Source: Gemmatimonadota bacterium (lineage in GTDB: Bacteria > Gemmatimonadota > Gemmatimonadetes > Longimicrobiales > Gaopeijiaceae). Taken from it: 64,000 bases of DNA. The position numbers and the translations under genes are program-made. Positions 38,436 to 47,498 of this stretch are shown piece by piece; the stretch's first letter is position 1, and every line of letters begins with the position of its first letter. Where the stretch lies: positions 128,001-192,000 of the forward strand of contig JAXHMG010000002.1 of assembly GCA_034521595.1 (NCBI GenBank). Direction: 5' to 3'. The notes beneath the pieces are model-generated. The model saw only the letters and a program-made list of their open reading frames with translations. It was not told where the DNA came from and searched no databases.

Positions 38436-39467
38436 TCAATCGATCTCGAACACCGCATCGTCGACGAGCTCGAGGTACGAAAGCGACGCGTTCGCCCGGT
38501 CCACGTTGCACGAGTGATAGCGGATCGTGCCCTGCACCTCGATCTCGTCGTACGGCTCCGTGCCGGAGAAGCCCCCCACCAACATCCCGTCGATCGAGCC
38601 CCTCACGCGGTCGTCGACCCAACCGGCCAGAACGATGCCCTCCCAGGAGAAGCTCGGAACCGCTCGAAACTCCTCCGTGACGATCAGCACGCCCCGCCCG
38701 CTCCAGGACGGATTGAGCATCGGACTCCCGTTCAGCCGGACGACCGGGAACGAGTCCGCCGGTAGCGTGGAAAAGGGCGGGCGCACATCCTCGAAGTCCA
38801 CCGGGAACGACGGGTCCGTCAGGATGTCCCAACGGAGCGCCACCTGGTTCATGAACTGGGCGTAGCCGCCCGGCCAGAGCTCGTATTCGGGGCTCCCCTC
38901 CAGCGTCCCGTCCTCCGCCACCCCTTCGCGCGCGATCGCACCGGTGATACTCGGCTGGGCACCACCGGGGCACACCGCCCCACCCGCGTCGTCCCCCGAG
39001 ACCTCCGCCGGATTCTCCACGCTGATGTCGGCCACGCTGAGCACCAGGGCACCGTGCAACGGCAGCGGGCGCCTCCGGTGGTACGCGTATGCACCCACGA
39101 CCCGCCGGGAGGGGCTGCCTTGCGCCAGCGGATCCGGGACGGTGGCGGCCGAACGGACGAAGTACATGTGCGTGAATTCGTCCACCTCCGCGACCCGTCT
39201 CGCGCTGACCGCCGCTTCGCCGTTCCCCATCGCGTACCGAGCCGAGTCCGCGACCACCCCGAGCTGCTCCGACACGAAGCGGTTGAGTCCGCCGCGCGCG
39301 ATCGCCAGCGCCTCCTCGCTCTCGCCCGAGTGCCGCGCCATGCGCGACTCGGCGCTGACCACCAGGTAGCCGGCGCCGCTCGCCATGGCGATCGCGAAGA
39401 GCATGAGCACCACCAGCGCCAGCACGAAGCCGCCCTCCCGCTCCCGCCCCCCCACCGGCGGCGTCAC
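38436..39467 (-). CDS. PilX-like minor pilin
   Basis: GFVLALVVLML N-terminus (no E5), EALAIARGGL; GTGA overlap. Confidence 0.75.
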   Translation of the reverse strand: MTPPVGGREREGGFVLALVVLMLFAIAMASGAGYLVVSAESRMARHSGESEEALAIARGGLNRFVSEQLGVVADSARYAMGNGEAAVSARRVAEVDEFTHMYFVRSAATVPDPLAQGSPSRRVVGAYAYHRRRPLPLHGALVLSVADISVENPAEVSGDDAGGAVCPGGAQPSITGAIAREGVAEDGTLEGSPEYELWPGGYAQFMNQVALRWDILTDPSFPVDFEDVRPPFSTLPADSFPVVRLNGSPMLNPSWSGRGVLIVTEEFRAVPSFSWEGIVLAGWVDDRVRGSIDGMLVGGFSGTEPYDEIEVQGTIRYHSCNVDRANASLSYLELVDDAVFEID

Positions 39468-40327
39468 GGCGCGTTCCTCAAGAGCAGGTTCGTGCTCCAC
39501 CCGAACGTGACGTCCTCTTCCTCGGCGCTTTCGGACAGCCGGCGGGCGTCGAGCTGCAGCTGCACCGCGTCGATGTCGTCCAGATCGCCCTCCGGGATCG
39601 TGTCCCGGTAACTCGACTCCCCGCTCAGGCGGTACCCGAAGCGTGCCGTCGAATCGATTCCGGAAGCGAACTCGACCGGATCCTCCAAGTACGGCTGCCT
39701 GAACAGCGCGAGCATGGGAGGCTCGAGATCGGAAGGCTCGATCGTGAACGTCGTCTCGCGGAACAGCATGACGAGCTCGCCGACGTCCGGCGCATCCGAG
39801 CCCAGCGCCAGGGCCAGGAGCCTCAGAGTATGGAAATCCTCGGACGCATCCGTCGTGTCGGCCGCGGTCGCGGTGGCACAACGCGCCGCGCTGGCGCTGC
39901 TGCCCCCGTCCATGATGAACCACGGCCACAGCTGGTACTCCCAGGCGCCGTCCGCGGGATCGTGAGCCGCCACCCCGGCGATCTCCTCCGTGGCCATGCG
40001 GGCCGCGCCCCCGTCGAAGTGCACGTCCCGGTCGGCCAGGAATCCGCTGCCCCGCTCGCAGACGCTCCCGACGGCGACGGGTGAGCGCACGGTGAGCGTT
40101 CGCGCACCCGCCACGACGATGCCCCCTCTCATGGAGGAGCGCAGCTCCCGCGAGATGAGGTCGGTGGCCGAGCGCACGTTGTCGTGCGCGGCCGCCCGAA
40201 GAACCTGGTTCGCCTGGTATCTGTTCTGCACCAGGAACGTCGTGCTGACCAGGATCAGGACGAGGGAGGAGAGCACGAGCGCAATGAGCGCTTCGACCAG
40301 AGTGAACCCGTGGATCCTGTTCACCAC
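39464..40327 (-). CDS. PilW-like prepilin
   Basis: G/FTLVEALIAL prepilin motif; ends LLLRN. Confidence 0.82.
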   Translation of the reverse strand: MVNRIHGFTLVEALIALVLSSLVLILVSTTFLVQNRYQANQVLRAAAHDNVRSATDLISRELRSSMRGGIVVAGARTLTVRSPVAVGSVCERGSGFLADRDVHFDGGAARMATEEIAGVAAHDPADGAWEYQLWPWFIMDGGSSASAARCATATAADTTDASEDFHTLRLLALALGSDAPDVGELVMLFRETTFTIEPSDLEPPMLALFRQPYLEDPVEFASGIDSTARFGYRLSGESSYRDTIPEGDLDDIDAVQLQLDARRLSESAEEEDVTFGWSTNLLLRNAP

Positions 40328-40719
40328 GCCTCCGCCACGTACGACGTGGTCCTGAAGGTGGGACCGTCACCTCCGACGGGTGTGATCTCGATCTCCACGC
40401 GCGCGAGGAGCGGCGTGACCCGGGTGAGCGTCACGCTCCGCTCGTAGGCGAGCCCCATGATCGTGAGCGTGTCCGCGTCGGCGCCCATCGTCAGCGAAGC
40501 GGACGGCTGGGCGTCGAGCGAGTCCAGACGCTCGGCCGCGCGCACCGCGAGCTCCGACCTGATCCCCGCATAGCGCATCTGCGTACCCGTCGCGGTGCTC
40601 AAGCGAACCACCATGAGCACGCCGACCGAGAAGATGACGAAAGCGCCGATGACCTCGATGAGAGTGAACCCTTCCCGTGCGAGCGCGGCGCGCCGCGAAA
40701 CACCCCGGTCAACCTTCAC
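40321..40719 (-). CDS. PilV-like prepilin
   Basis: G/FTLIEVIGAFVIFSVG motif. Confidence 0.8.
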   Translation of the reverse strand: MKVDRGVSRRAALAREGFTLIEVIGAFVIFSVGVLMVVRLSTATGTQMRYAGIRSELAVRAAERLDSLDAQPSASLTMGADADTLTIMGLAYERSVTLTRVTPLLARVEIEITPVGGDGPTFRTTSYVAEAW

Positions 40720-41195
40720 GACGCCCCGATTCGCGAAGCCCCGAGCCCGTTGAACGAGACCGCGTACGACCACTCGCCCGACCGGAAGGTCGCCACGCCG
40801 AGCGTTCCCGGCGCGCCCGAGAGGTCCGCGAAACCCCGCCGGTCGAACACCAGGGAGTCGCCGTCGAGATCCAGCTCGATATCCGACAGGTCGACCCCGT
40901 CCGAGTTCGAGAACCGGCGCCGTACGATCTCGGTGGTCCCGTCCAGGGTCACGATCTCGTACTCACGCGCGCCCTCATCGAACCGCAGCACGACGGGCTC
41001 CCGCGTCCGCACGGCGAAGCCGCGGGCCCGGGTCAGATCCTGGGCGAAGACCTGGGCCGCCCGTCGAACCGTGGTTCTACCGAAGTAACGTCCCACCGTG
41101 AGACCCGCGTAACCCAACATGACCGCGCTCAGCGTGAGCACCACGAGCAGCTCGATCAAGGTGAAGCCGTCGCGGAAGCCCCGTCGTCCGGTCAT
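40716..41195 (-). CDS. FimT/GspH-like prepilin
   Basis: G/FTLIELLVV, DLTRARGFA, VFDRRG. Confidence 0.82.
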   Translation of the reverse strand: MTGRRGFRDGFTLIELLVVLTLSAVMLGYAGLTVGRYFGRTTVRRAAQVFAQDLTRARGFAVRTREPVVLRFDEGAREYEIVTLDGTTEIVRRRFSNSDGVDLSDIELDLDGDSLVFDRRGFADLSGAPGTLGVATFRSGEWSYAVSFNGLGASRIGAS

Positions 41196-44100
41196 GCCCG
41201 GCGATCCGCCAGGGCCGCGAGCTCCCGCGCCACGACGGAGACCGCCGCGAATCCGACGGCGCTCTCGGCCTTCAGATCCGCCACGACCCCGCGGAATCGC
41301 TCGATCTCGCGAGCGCGCGTCCGGAGGAGCCGGTCGATCGCCACGGAGACGTCGTCCGTGGAACCGGTACGCCCGAGCACGTGCACCACCAACTTCCGGT
41401 GGGCGCGCGACAGGTCCTCGGAAAGGGCTTGGGCCGCCCGGTGCTCCCACTGATCGTCACCGACCGACGCGAAGGCCGACCGACGCAACCAGGGAATCTC
41501 GAACAGCTCGGAGGTCCGGTAATACGCATGCGCGGTCGCCACGGGATCGGATTCCGTATCCCGGGCGATATCGAGCACCTCCAGGAGCTGGTCGAGGAAG
41601 CGCAGCGTGATGAGGCGCCGTGAGAAGACTTCGTCCGCGCCCACCTTGCGGATCTCTTCCACCCTCGCCTCGAAGAGGGTTCGCTCCTCACCGGTGACGA
41701 ACGACCCGAAATTGTCCCGCAGCACGGCCAATCCCGGCACGCTCTCCGCCACGACCGTCGCGGGGGAAGTCTCCGGCTCCACGTTCTGGAGCACCCACCG
41801 AGTGGTCCGCTCCAGCACGCGCTGGAGACCCAGGATCCAGCGATAAGCGGCCCGGGTGTTGATCCGGTCCTGCTGCTCGGCGATCTGGGCCACGAGGGCA
41901 CGGTGATCGGCAAGCCGGGAGGCGACCAGCCAGGCACGGGCGACTTCTTCGACCCGCGAGCCCGTGTCACGGGCCACCCGCGTGATGAAGGTCGCGCCCA
42001 TCACGTCGACCAGATCGTTCGTGAGCTGACTGGCGATGATCTCGCGCCTCAGTCGATGCCCCTCGAGGCGCTCCCGCCCCGCGGCGGCGATGGCGGCCGA
42101 CGGGAAGTAGCCGAGGAGGTAACTCTCGGTGACCGGGTCGTCCGGCAAACCACCAGCCAGCAAGCGCGTCTTCAGGGCGAGCTTCGCATAGGAGAGCAAC
42201 ACGCAGAGCTCCGGACGCACCAGCGTTCTGCCTCCTTCCCGTCGCTCGCCCAAAACGTCGAGCGACGGAAGTCCTTCACCGGCCCGATCGAGCTCGCCCG
42301 TCTTCTCGAGCGCGAACATCAGGTCCCGGAAATCGTCGAAGCTCTCCCGCACCCGCTGCTCGTCGAGCGACACCGCGAGGCTCTGGCTCCGGTTGTCCTC
42401 GAGGACCAGATGGGCGATCGACTCGGTCAGCTCCTCCAGGAGCTCATTGCGCTCGTCCACCGACATGCGACCCTCCGCGACGGTCGGCTGCAGGAGGATC
42501 TTGAGGTTGACCTCGTGATCGGACATGTCGACGCCGCCCGAGTTGTCGAGCGCGTCCGTGTTGATGCGTCCACCCCGCAACGCGTACTCCACCCGAGCGG
42601 CCTGCGTGAAGCCCAGGTTACCCCCCTCTCCGACCACCTCGCACCGCAGCTCGGAGGCATCGATGCGGACCGAGTCGTTCGCGGGGTCCCCGGCATCGGC
42701 ATGGGTCTCCGAATCCGCCTTCACGTACGTCCCGATGCCTCCGTTCCAGAGGAGCTCCACCGGAGCCCTCAGCACGCACCGGATCAGCGTCTCGCCATCC
42801 ATCACTCCCGGCTCGTCGTCCGAAAGGCCGAGCGCCCGCCGTGCTTCGGGGGTGAGCTCGACCTCCTTCGCTCCCCGGGGAACCACCATCCCGCCGGGGC
42901 TGAGGAGGTCGGTGTCGTAATCTTCCCAGCTAGACCTCCCGAGCTCGAACACGCGCTTGCGCTCGGCGAAGGAAGTCGCGGGATCGGGGTCCGGATCGAT
43001 GAACACGTGCCGGTGGTCGAAGGCGGCCACCAAGCGAATCTGTTCGGACAGGAGCATCCCGTTGCCGAACACGTCGCCGCTCATGTCACCGATGCCCGCG
43101 ACCGTGAAGGGCTCCGTCTGGACATCCTTACCCTTCTCACGGAAGTGTCGCCTCACGCACTCCCACGCGCCGCGGGCGGTGATCCCCACCATCTTGTGGT
43201 CGTAGCCGTGCGACCCCCCGGAAGCGAACGCGTCATCGAGCCAGAAGCCGTATTCCGCGGCCACGGCGTTGGCGATGTCCGAGAAGGTGGCGGTCCCTTT
43301 ATCGGCCGCCACGACCAGATACGGGTCGGGAGGGTCGTACGCGACGATCCCTTCGGGCGTTACCGTGTCCCCTTGCACGTAGTTGTCCGTGATGTCGAGA
43401 AGGCCACGGATCAAGGTGCGGTACTGCCGCCGGCCCTCCTCCATGCGCGCGTCGGGCTCGGAGGGGACCCGGCGGGTGATGAAGCCTCCCTTCGAGCCCC
43501 CGGGAACGATCACCGCGTTCTTGACGACCTGTGTCCGCACCAGCCCGAGCACCTCGATCCGGAAATCGTCCGGGCGGTCGCTCCAGCGGATGCCGCCGCG
43601 GGCCACTCGCGCGCCGCGCAGATGCACTCCCTCCATCCGGGCCGAGTGGACCCATACCTCGTAGAGGAGGCTGGTCCTCCGTCCGAAGTCGAGCTCGTTG
43701 CTGTCGAACTTGAAGGAGACGTAGGGGGCGCCACCCGACCGCGCCTCGGGCCTCGCCCCACCGGTCCGATAGTAGTTCGTGCGCACGGTGGCGGAGATCA
43801 ACTCCGCCAGACGCCGAAGCGCTCGGTCGGCCGAGAGAAGCGCGACGCCCCGCAGCGACGCCTGAAAGGCCGCCCGGATGTCGGCCACGGCCCGGTCCCG
43901 CTCTTCCACCCCGAGGGAGCGTGACGGGTCGAAGCGGGTCTCGAAGAGCTCGAAGAGCTCCCGAGCGATGCCGGGGTGGGCTACCAGTGCGGAGGGCAGC
44001 GCCAGCCGGCTCGGGACCGCTCCGACCTGGAAGGCGAAGCCCGCGTATGCGCGGAGGGCGTCGACCTCCCTCCACCGCAGCCCGGCCGTGACGACGAGCG

Positions 44101-46090
44101 CGTTCAACCGGTCGCTCAACGCATCCCCGGAACGCACGGCCAGAATCGTCTCCGAGAGGAGCTCACCGCAGCGGTCGACGTCGAGCCTCCCACCCGAGGC
44201 ATCGAGCACCGCGAACAGATAAATCGTAGCCTCCGGGACCCCGTCGTCCTCGACGTCGAACGGCTTCACGCCCAACACGGTCAGCCCCGCGTCTTCGAGC
44301 ACCGGCATGAAGTCCGACAGGACGAGCCGCTCGCCACGGAGAAACACCTTGAGCTCGGTCACGCCCTCCGCACCCGCCACGGGCCCTTCCCGGTTCGCGA
44401 ACGCGATCGACGTGGTGCGTCCGTCGGCCTTCATCGCTTCGAGCGTTTCGATGTCCGACACCGCGACCGCGGGATCGATGACGGCCTGATACTCCCGGCT
44501 CATGGTGCGGGCGTAGTCGCGTGCGAGGCGCCGCGCGTCGTCCGAGCTCCACCGGCCCGCGAGCCCTTCGTGAATCCGATCTTCCCAGGTCCGGATGAGG
44601 CGGCCGACGACCTGCTCGAGCTCCTTCGCGTGGGCCTCGCGCCCCACCTCTGCGCGCGTGCCCATGTGGAAGTGCAGCCGCGCCTGATCGCCCGAACCGA
44701 GGGCCAGGTGGTAGTTGAGCACGTCCCCGTCGAAGATCCGGACCAGCGCTGCTTCGATCTCCTTCCGCACGGCGCCCGAGAACCGGTCCTTGGGCAGGAT
44801 CACCATGACCGAGAGCCCCCGCTCCAGCGGGTCCTCGCGCAGCGCCACCCGGACGTCGTCGGTGTTGTAGGCGGTGAGCACCGTGCGCACGTCGGCGCCG
44901 ATCTCCTCGGCCGAGGTGAGGAAGAGCTCCTCCTTCGGCATCGAGTTGAAGATCGTGATGATCTCCTTGTAGTCGTGCGATCCCGGACGGACGTGCTCGG
45001 CCTCGAGGATGTCCGCGAGCTTCTGCCGCAGGATCGGGATGTTCTCCGCCGCTTCCGAGAAGGTACGGGACGTGAAAAGCCCCACGAACCGGTGCTCGCC
45101 GACGGATCGTCCCTCCTCGTCGAGCTTCTTGATCCCGATGTAGTCCATCCGGGCGCGCCGGTGGACGGTCGACTCGGCGTTCGTCTTGCTGATGATGAGA
45201 ACGGGCCCGCGCTCCGCGAGTCGGCGCATGCCTTCGTCGAGCTCGGAGAGAGGCACGCCCGCCGCGAAGCGGGACTCGGCTTCGTTGCGGAGGACGCCCA
45301 GTCCGGATCCGGGCTCCACGATGACCACCCGGTCCCCGTCCTCTCGCGGGACGAAATCGTAGGCCCGGTATCCGAGGAAGACGAAGCCGTCGTCACGCAG
45401 CCATTTCAGAAAGTCCCGGATCTCGGCGAGCTCGGAGGAGCGCTCTTCCACCGCGTCCCGATGCCGCTCCAAATCCGCGACCACCCGGTCGAGGGCCCCG
45501 ATCATCGGCTCGAAGTCATCGGTTGCCCGTACGACATCCTGGAGGCGGCGCCGGAGCTCGCCACGGATGTGCTCGAGGCGCCCGGGGTCGGTCACCCGGT
45601 CGATCTCCAAGTGGACCAGCGATTCCTTGTTGCCGGTATCGCTCGGGGGCGCGACCGCGGTTACCCGGCCTTCCGCGTCCCGGCTCACGTCGAGAATCGG
45701 ATAAACCATCCAGGCGACCGGGAGGTCCTCCGCGTGCAGGAACTCGCGAATCGTATCGATGATGAACGGCCGCTCGCTGACGTTCGTCCTGATCACCGTG
45801 GTCCCCGCATCCCACCCTTCTTGCTCGACCGTCGGGGTGCCCACATCCACCCGATCGGGACTCGAAGCCGCGAGGAAGCGGTAGGCACCGAGCGTCATAC
45901 CGGCGACGTCCTCACCGCTTCGACCCCGAAGCAGCTCCTCCGGAGCACGCTCGAGAAACGCGCGGGCGAAATCGACCGCGAGATCGGCTTCCTCCTCGGG
46001 CACGAGGCCGCGGACATGGTCGCAGACCGATTCCACGTTCTCGGCAGGTTCTAAGATTCGGCGCGGTGCCGATTCCGTGGTTTCGCCCAT
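41192..46090 (-). CDS. Large NAD-specific glutamate dehydrogenase
   Basis: ARGGIRWSDR, VKNAVIVPGGSKGGF, YLVVAADKGTA, GIGDMSGDVFGNG, GEGGNLG, NTDALDNSGGV. Confidence 0.96.
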   Translation of the reverse strand: MGETTESAPRRILEPAENVESVCDHVRGLVPEEEADLAVDFARAFLERAPEELLRGRSGEDVAGMTLGAYRFLAASSPDRVDVGTPTVEQEGWDAGTTVIRTNVSERPFIIDTIREFLHAEDLPVAWMVYPILDVSRDAEGRVTAVAPPSDTGNKESLVHLEIDRVTDPGRLEHIRGELRRRLQDVVRATDDFEPMIGALDRVVADLERHRDAVEERSSELAEIRDFLKWLRDDGFVFLGYRAYDFVPREDGDRVVIVEPGSGLGVLRNEAESRFAAGVPLSELDEGMRRLAERGPVLIISKTNAESTVHRRARMDYIGIKKLDEEGRSVGEHRFVGLFTSRTFSEAAENIPILRQKLADILEAEHVRPGSHDYKEIITIFNSMPKEELFLTSAEEIGADVRTVLTAYNTDDVRVALREDPLERGLSVMVILPKDRFSGAVRKEIEAALVRIFDGDVLNYHLALGSGDQARLHFHMGTRAEVGREAHAKELEQVVGRLIRTWEDRIHEGLAGRWSSDDARRLARDYARTMSREYQAVIDPAVAVSDIETLEAMKADGRTTSIAFANREGPVAGAEGVTELKVFLRGERLVLSDFMPVLEDAGLTVLGVKPFDVEDDGVPEATIYLFAVLDASGGRLDVDRCGELLSETILAVRSGDALSDRLNALVVTAGLRWREVDALRAYAGFAFQVGAVPSRLALPSALVAHPGIARELFELFETRFDPSRSLGVEERDRAVADIRAAFQASLRGVALLSADRALRRLAELISATVRTNYYRTGGARPEARSGGAPYVSFKFDSNELDFGRRTSLLYEVWVHSARMEGVHLRGARVARGGIRWSDRPDDFRIEVLGLVRTQVVKNAVIVPGGSKGGFITRRVPSEPDARMEEGRRQYRTLIRGLLDITDNYVQGDTVTPEGIVAYDPPDPYLVVAADKGTATFSDIANAVAAEYGFWLDDAFASGGSHGYDHKMVGITARGAWECVRRHFREKGKDVQTEPFTVAGIGDMSGDVFGNGMLLSEQIRLVAAFDHRHVFIDPDPDPATSFAERKRVFELGRSSWEDYDTDLLSPGGMVVPRGAKEVELTPEARRALGLSDDEPGVMDGETLIRCVLRAPVELLWNGGIGTYVKADSETHADAGDPANDSVRIDASELRCEVVGEGGNLGFTQAARVEYALRGGRINTDALDNSGGVDMSDHEVNLKILLQPTVAEGRMSVDERNELLEELTESIAHLVLEDNRSQSLAVSLDEQRVRESFDDFRDLMFALEKTGELDRAGEGLPSLDVLGERREGGRTLVRPELCVLLSYAKLALKTRLLAGGLPDDPVTESYLLGYFPSAAIAAAGRERLEGHRLRREIIASQLTNDLVDVMGATFITRVARDTGSRVEEVARAWLVASRLADHRALVAQIAEQQDRINTRAAYRWILGLQRVLERTTRWVLQNVEPETSPATVVAESVPGLAVLRDNFGSFVTGEERTLFEARVEEIRKVGADEVFSRRLITLRFLDQLLEVLDIARDTESDPVATAHAYYRTSELFEIPWLRRSAFASVGDDQWEHRAAQALSEDLSRAHRKLVVHVLGRTGSTDDVSVAIDRLLRTRAREIERFRGVVADLKAESAVGFAAVSVVARELAALADRRA

Positions 46091-46241
46091 GGGATAATCG
46101 CGGCTCGGGGGACCGTCGTCGGAGCGAGGGATGGATGCTCGCACAACATTATCTGAGATCGCCGTGGCGGGAAACCCGAACGTGGCGGTGGAGACCCCGC
46201 TTGCGAATTTCCCGGCCCCGCCCTTTCATCTACCTTGCTGC

Positions 46242-47498
46242 ATGCGCTTCCTCCACCTGGCAGACGTCCACCTCGACACCTCCTTCTCCGGTCGGTCCGA
46301 GAAGGTCCGCCGGCGCCTCCGCGACGCGTCCCGGGAAGCGTTCCGCCGCGCGGTGGACCTGGCGCTGGAGGAGGATGTCGACGCGGTGCTGATCGCCGGG
46401 GATCTGTTCGACGGAGACCGGCTCTCGTTCCAGACCGAGCGCTTCCTTCTGGAACAGGTGGGCCGGCTGGGGGACCAGGGGATCTCCGTGATCTACGCGA
46501 CGGGCAACCACGATCCGGGCTCGGCCGCGGGGGGACCACGCACCCTCCAGTGGCCGCCCAACGTGGTCACGGCCACCGACGCCACGCCGAAGCGCATCGG
46601 CGTCGCCGCCCGGGCGGGAGGCACCGCCGGGTACGTGAGCACGATCGGCCACGAAAGCGCCGGCGAGGAGCGGGACCTCGCCCGCATGATCCCCGCCCCC
46701 GAGGGCGAGTTGCCGGAGGTCGGTCTGCTCCACACGCAGGTGCGGACATCGGCCGGCGCGGAACAGCACGGGTCCTACGCGCCTTCGGAGCTTTCCTACC
46801 TGCGCCGGGCCGGATTCGACTACTGGGCGTTGGGGCACATCCACGTGCCACAGGAGCTCTCCCCCGACCCGCCGATCTGGTACTCCGGCAGCCTACAGGG
46901 CCGGAGTCACGGCGAGCAGGGCGCACACGGCGCGCTTCTCGTCGATCTGAGGGACCGGGACGCGCCCGTCGTCGCGTTCCGTGCGCTCGCGAGCGTCCGG
47001 TGGGAAACCGTGACCGTTCCGCGACTCGACGGGATCGCGTCCTTCGACGCGCTCCTCAGCCACCTCGGCGCCGTCTGGGACGACGCCCGTGCGTCGGATC
47101 CCGGCGTTCCGGGCACCGAGTGGATGGTACGGGTCGTGCTCCGAGGTCCAAGTCCCCTTTGGGCCGAGCTCCAGAGCGACGAGGACCGGGAAACCCTGTC
47201 CGCGGAGCTGCGCGACCTCCTCGGGGTGCTCGACGCCACGGTGATCACCGACGGGGTCCATCCCGTCATCCCGATCGACGAGCATCGGACGCGTACCGAC
47301 GTGCTGGGCGAAGCGTTGCGGCTCGCCGCGGACGTGCGTGCCGGCCGGGCGGTGCTCGCCGACATCGGAGCGGACGAGCTGGCCGGCGCGCCCGGCACGG
47401 CCGGCGATGCCGTCGCCGACTACGTCCGGGAGCTTCTCCATGGCATTGACGGAGAGCTCGCCGCCCGACTCCTCGACGACGCCGGAAGCGCCTCGTGA
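46242..47498 (+). CDS. Mre11/SbcD-like metallophosphoesterase nuclease (YhaO-like)
   Basis: HLADVHLD, AGDLFD, GNHD, YWALGHIH, YSGSLQG. Confidence 0.92.
   Translation: MRFLHLADVHLDTSFSGRSEKVRRRLRDASREAFRRAVDLALEEDVDAVLIAGDLFDGDRLSFQTERFLLEQVGRLGDQGISVIYATGNHDPGSAAGGPRTLQWPPNVVTATDATPKRIGVAARAGGTAGYVSTIGHESAGEERDLARMIPAPEGELPEVGLLHTQVRTSAGAEQHGSYAPSELSYLRRAGFDYWALGHIHVPQELSPDPPIWYSGSLQGRSHGEQGAHGALLVDLRDRDAPVVAFRALASVRWETVTVPRLDGIASFDALLSHLGAVWDDARASDPGVPGTEWMVRVVLRGPSPLWAELQSDEDRETLSAELRDLLGVLDATVITDGVHPVIPIDEHRTRTDVLGEALRLAADVRAGRAVLADIGADELAGAPGTAGDAVADYVRELLHGIDGELAARLLDDAGSAS

Noticed and set aside
38436-40370. 644-aa ORF suggesting a long PilX fusion
   Set aside because: The N-terminal half is an off-frame overlap of the PilW-like gene; the true start is probably GTG 39467.
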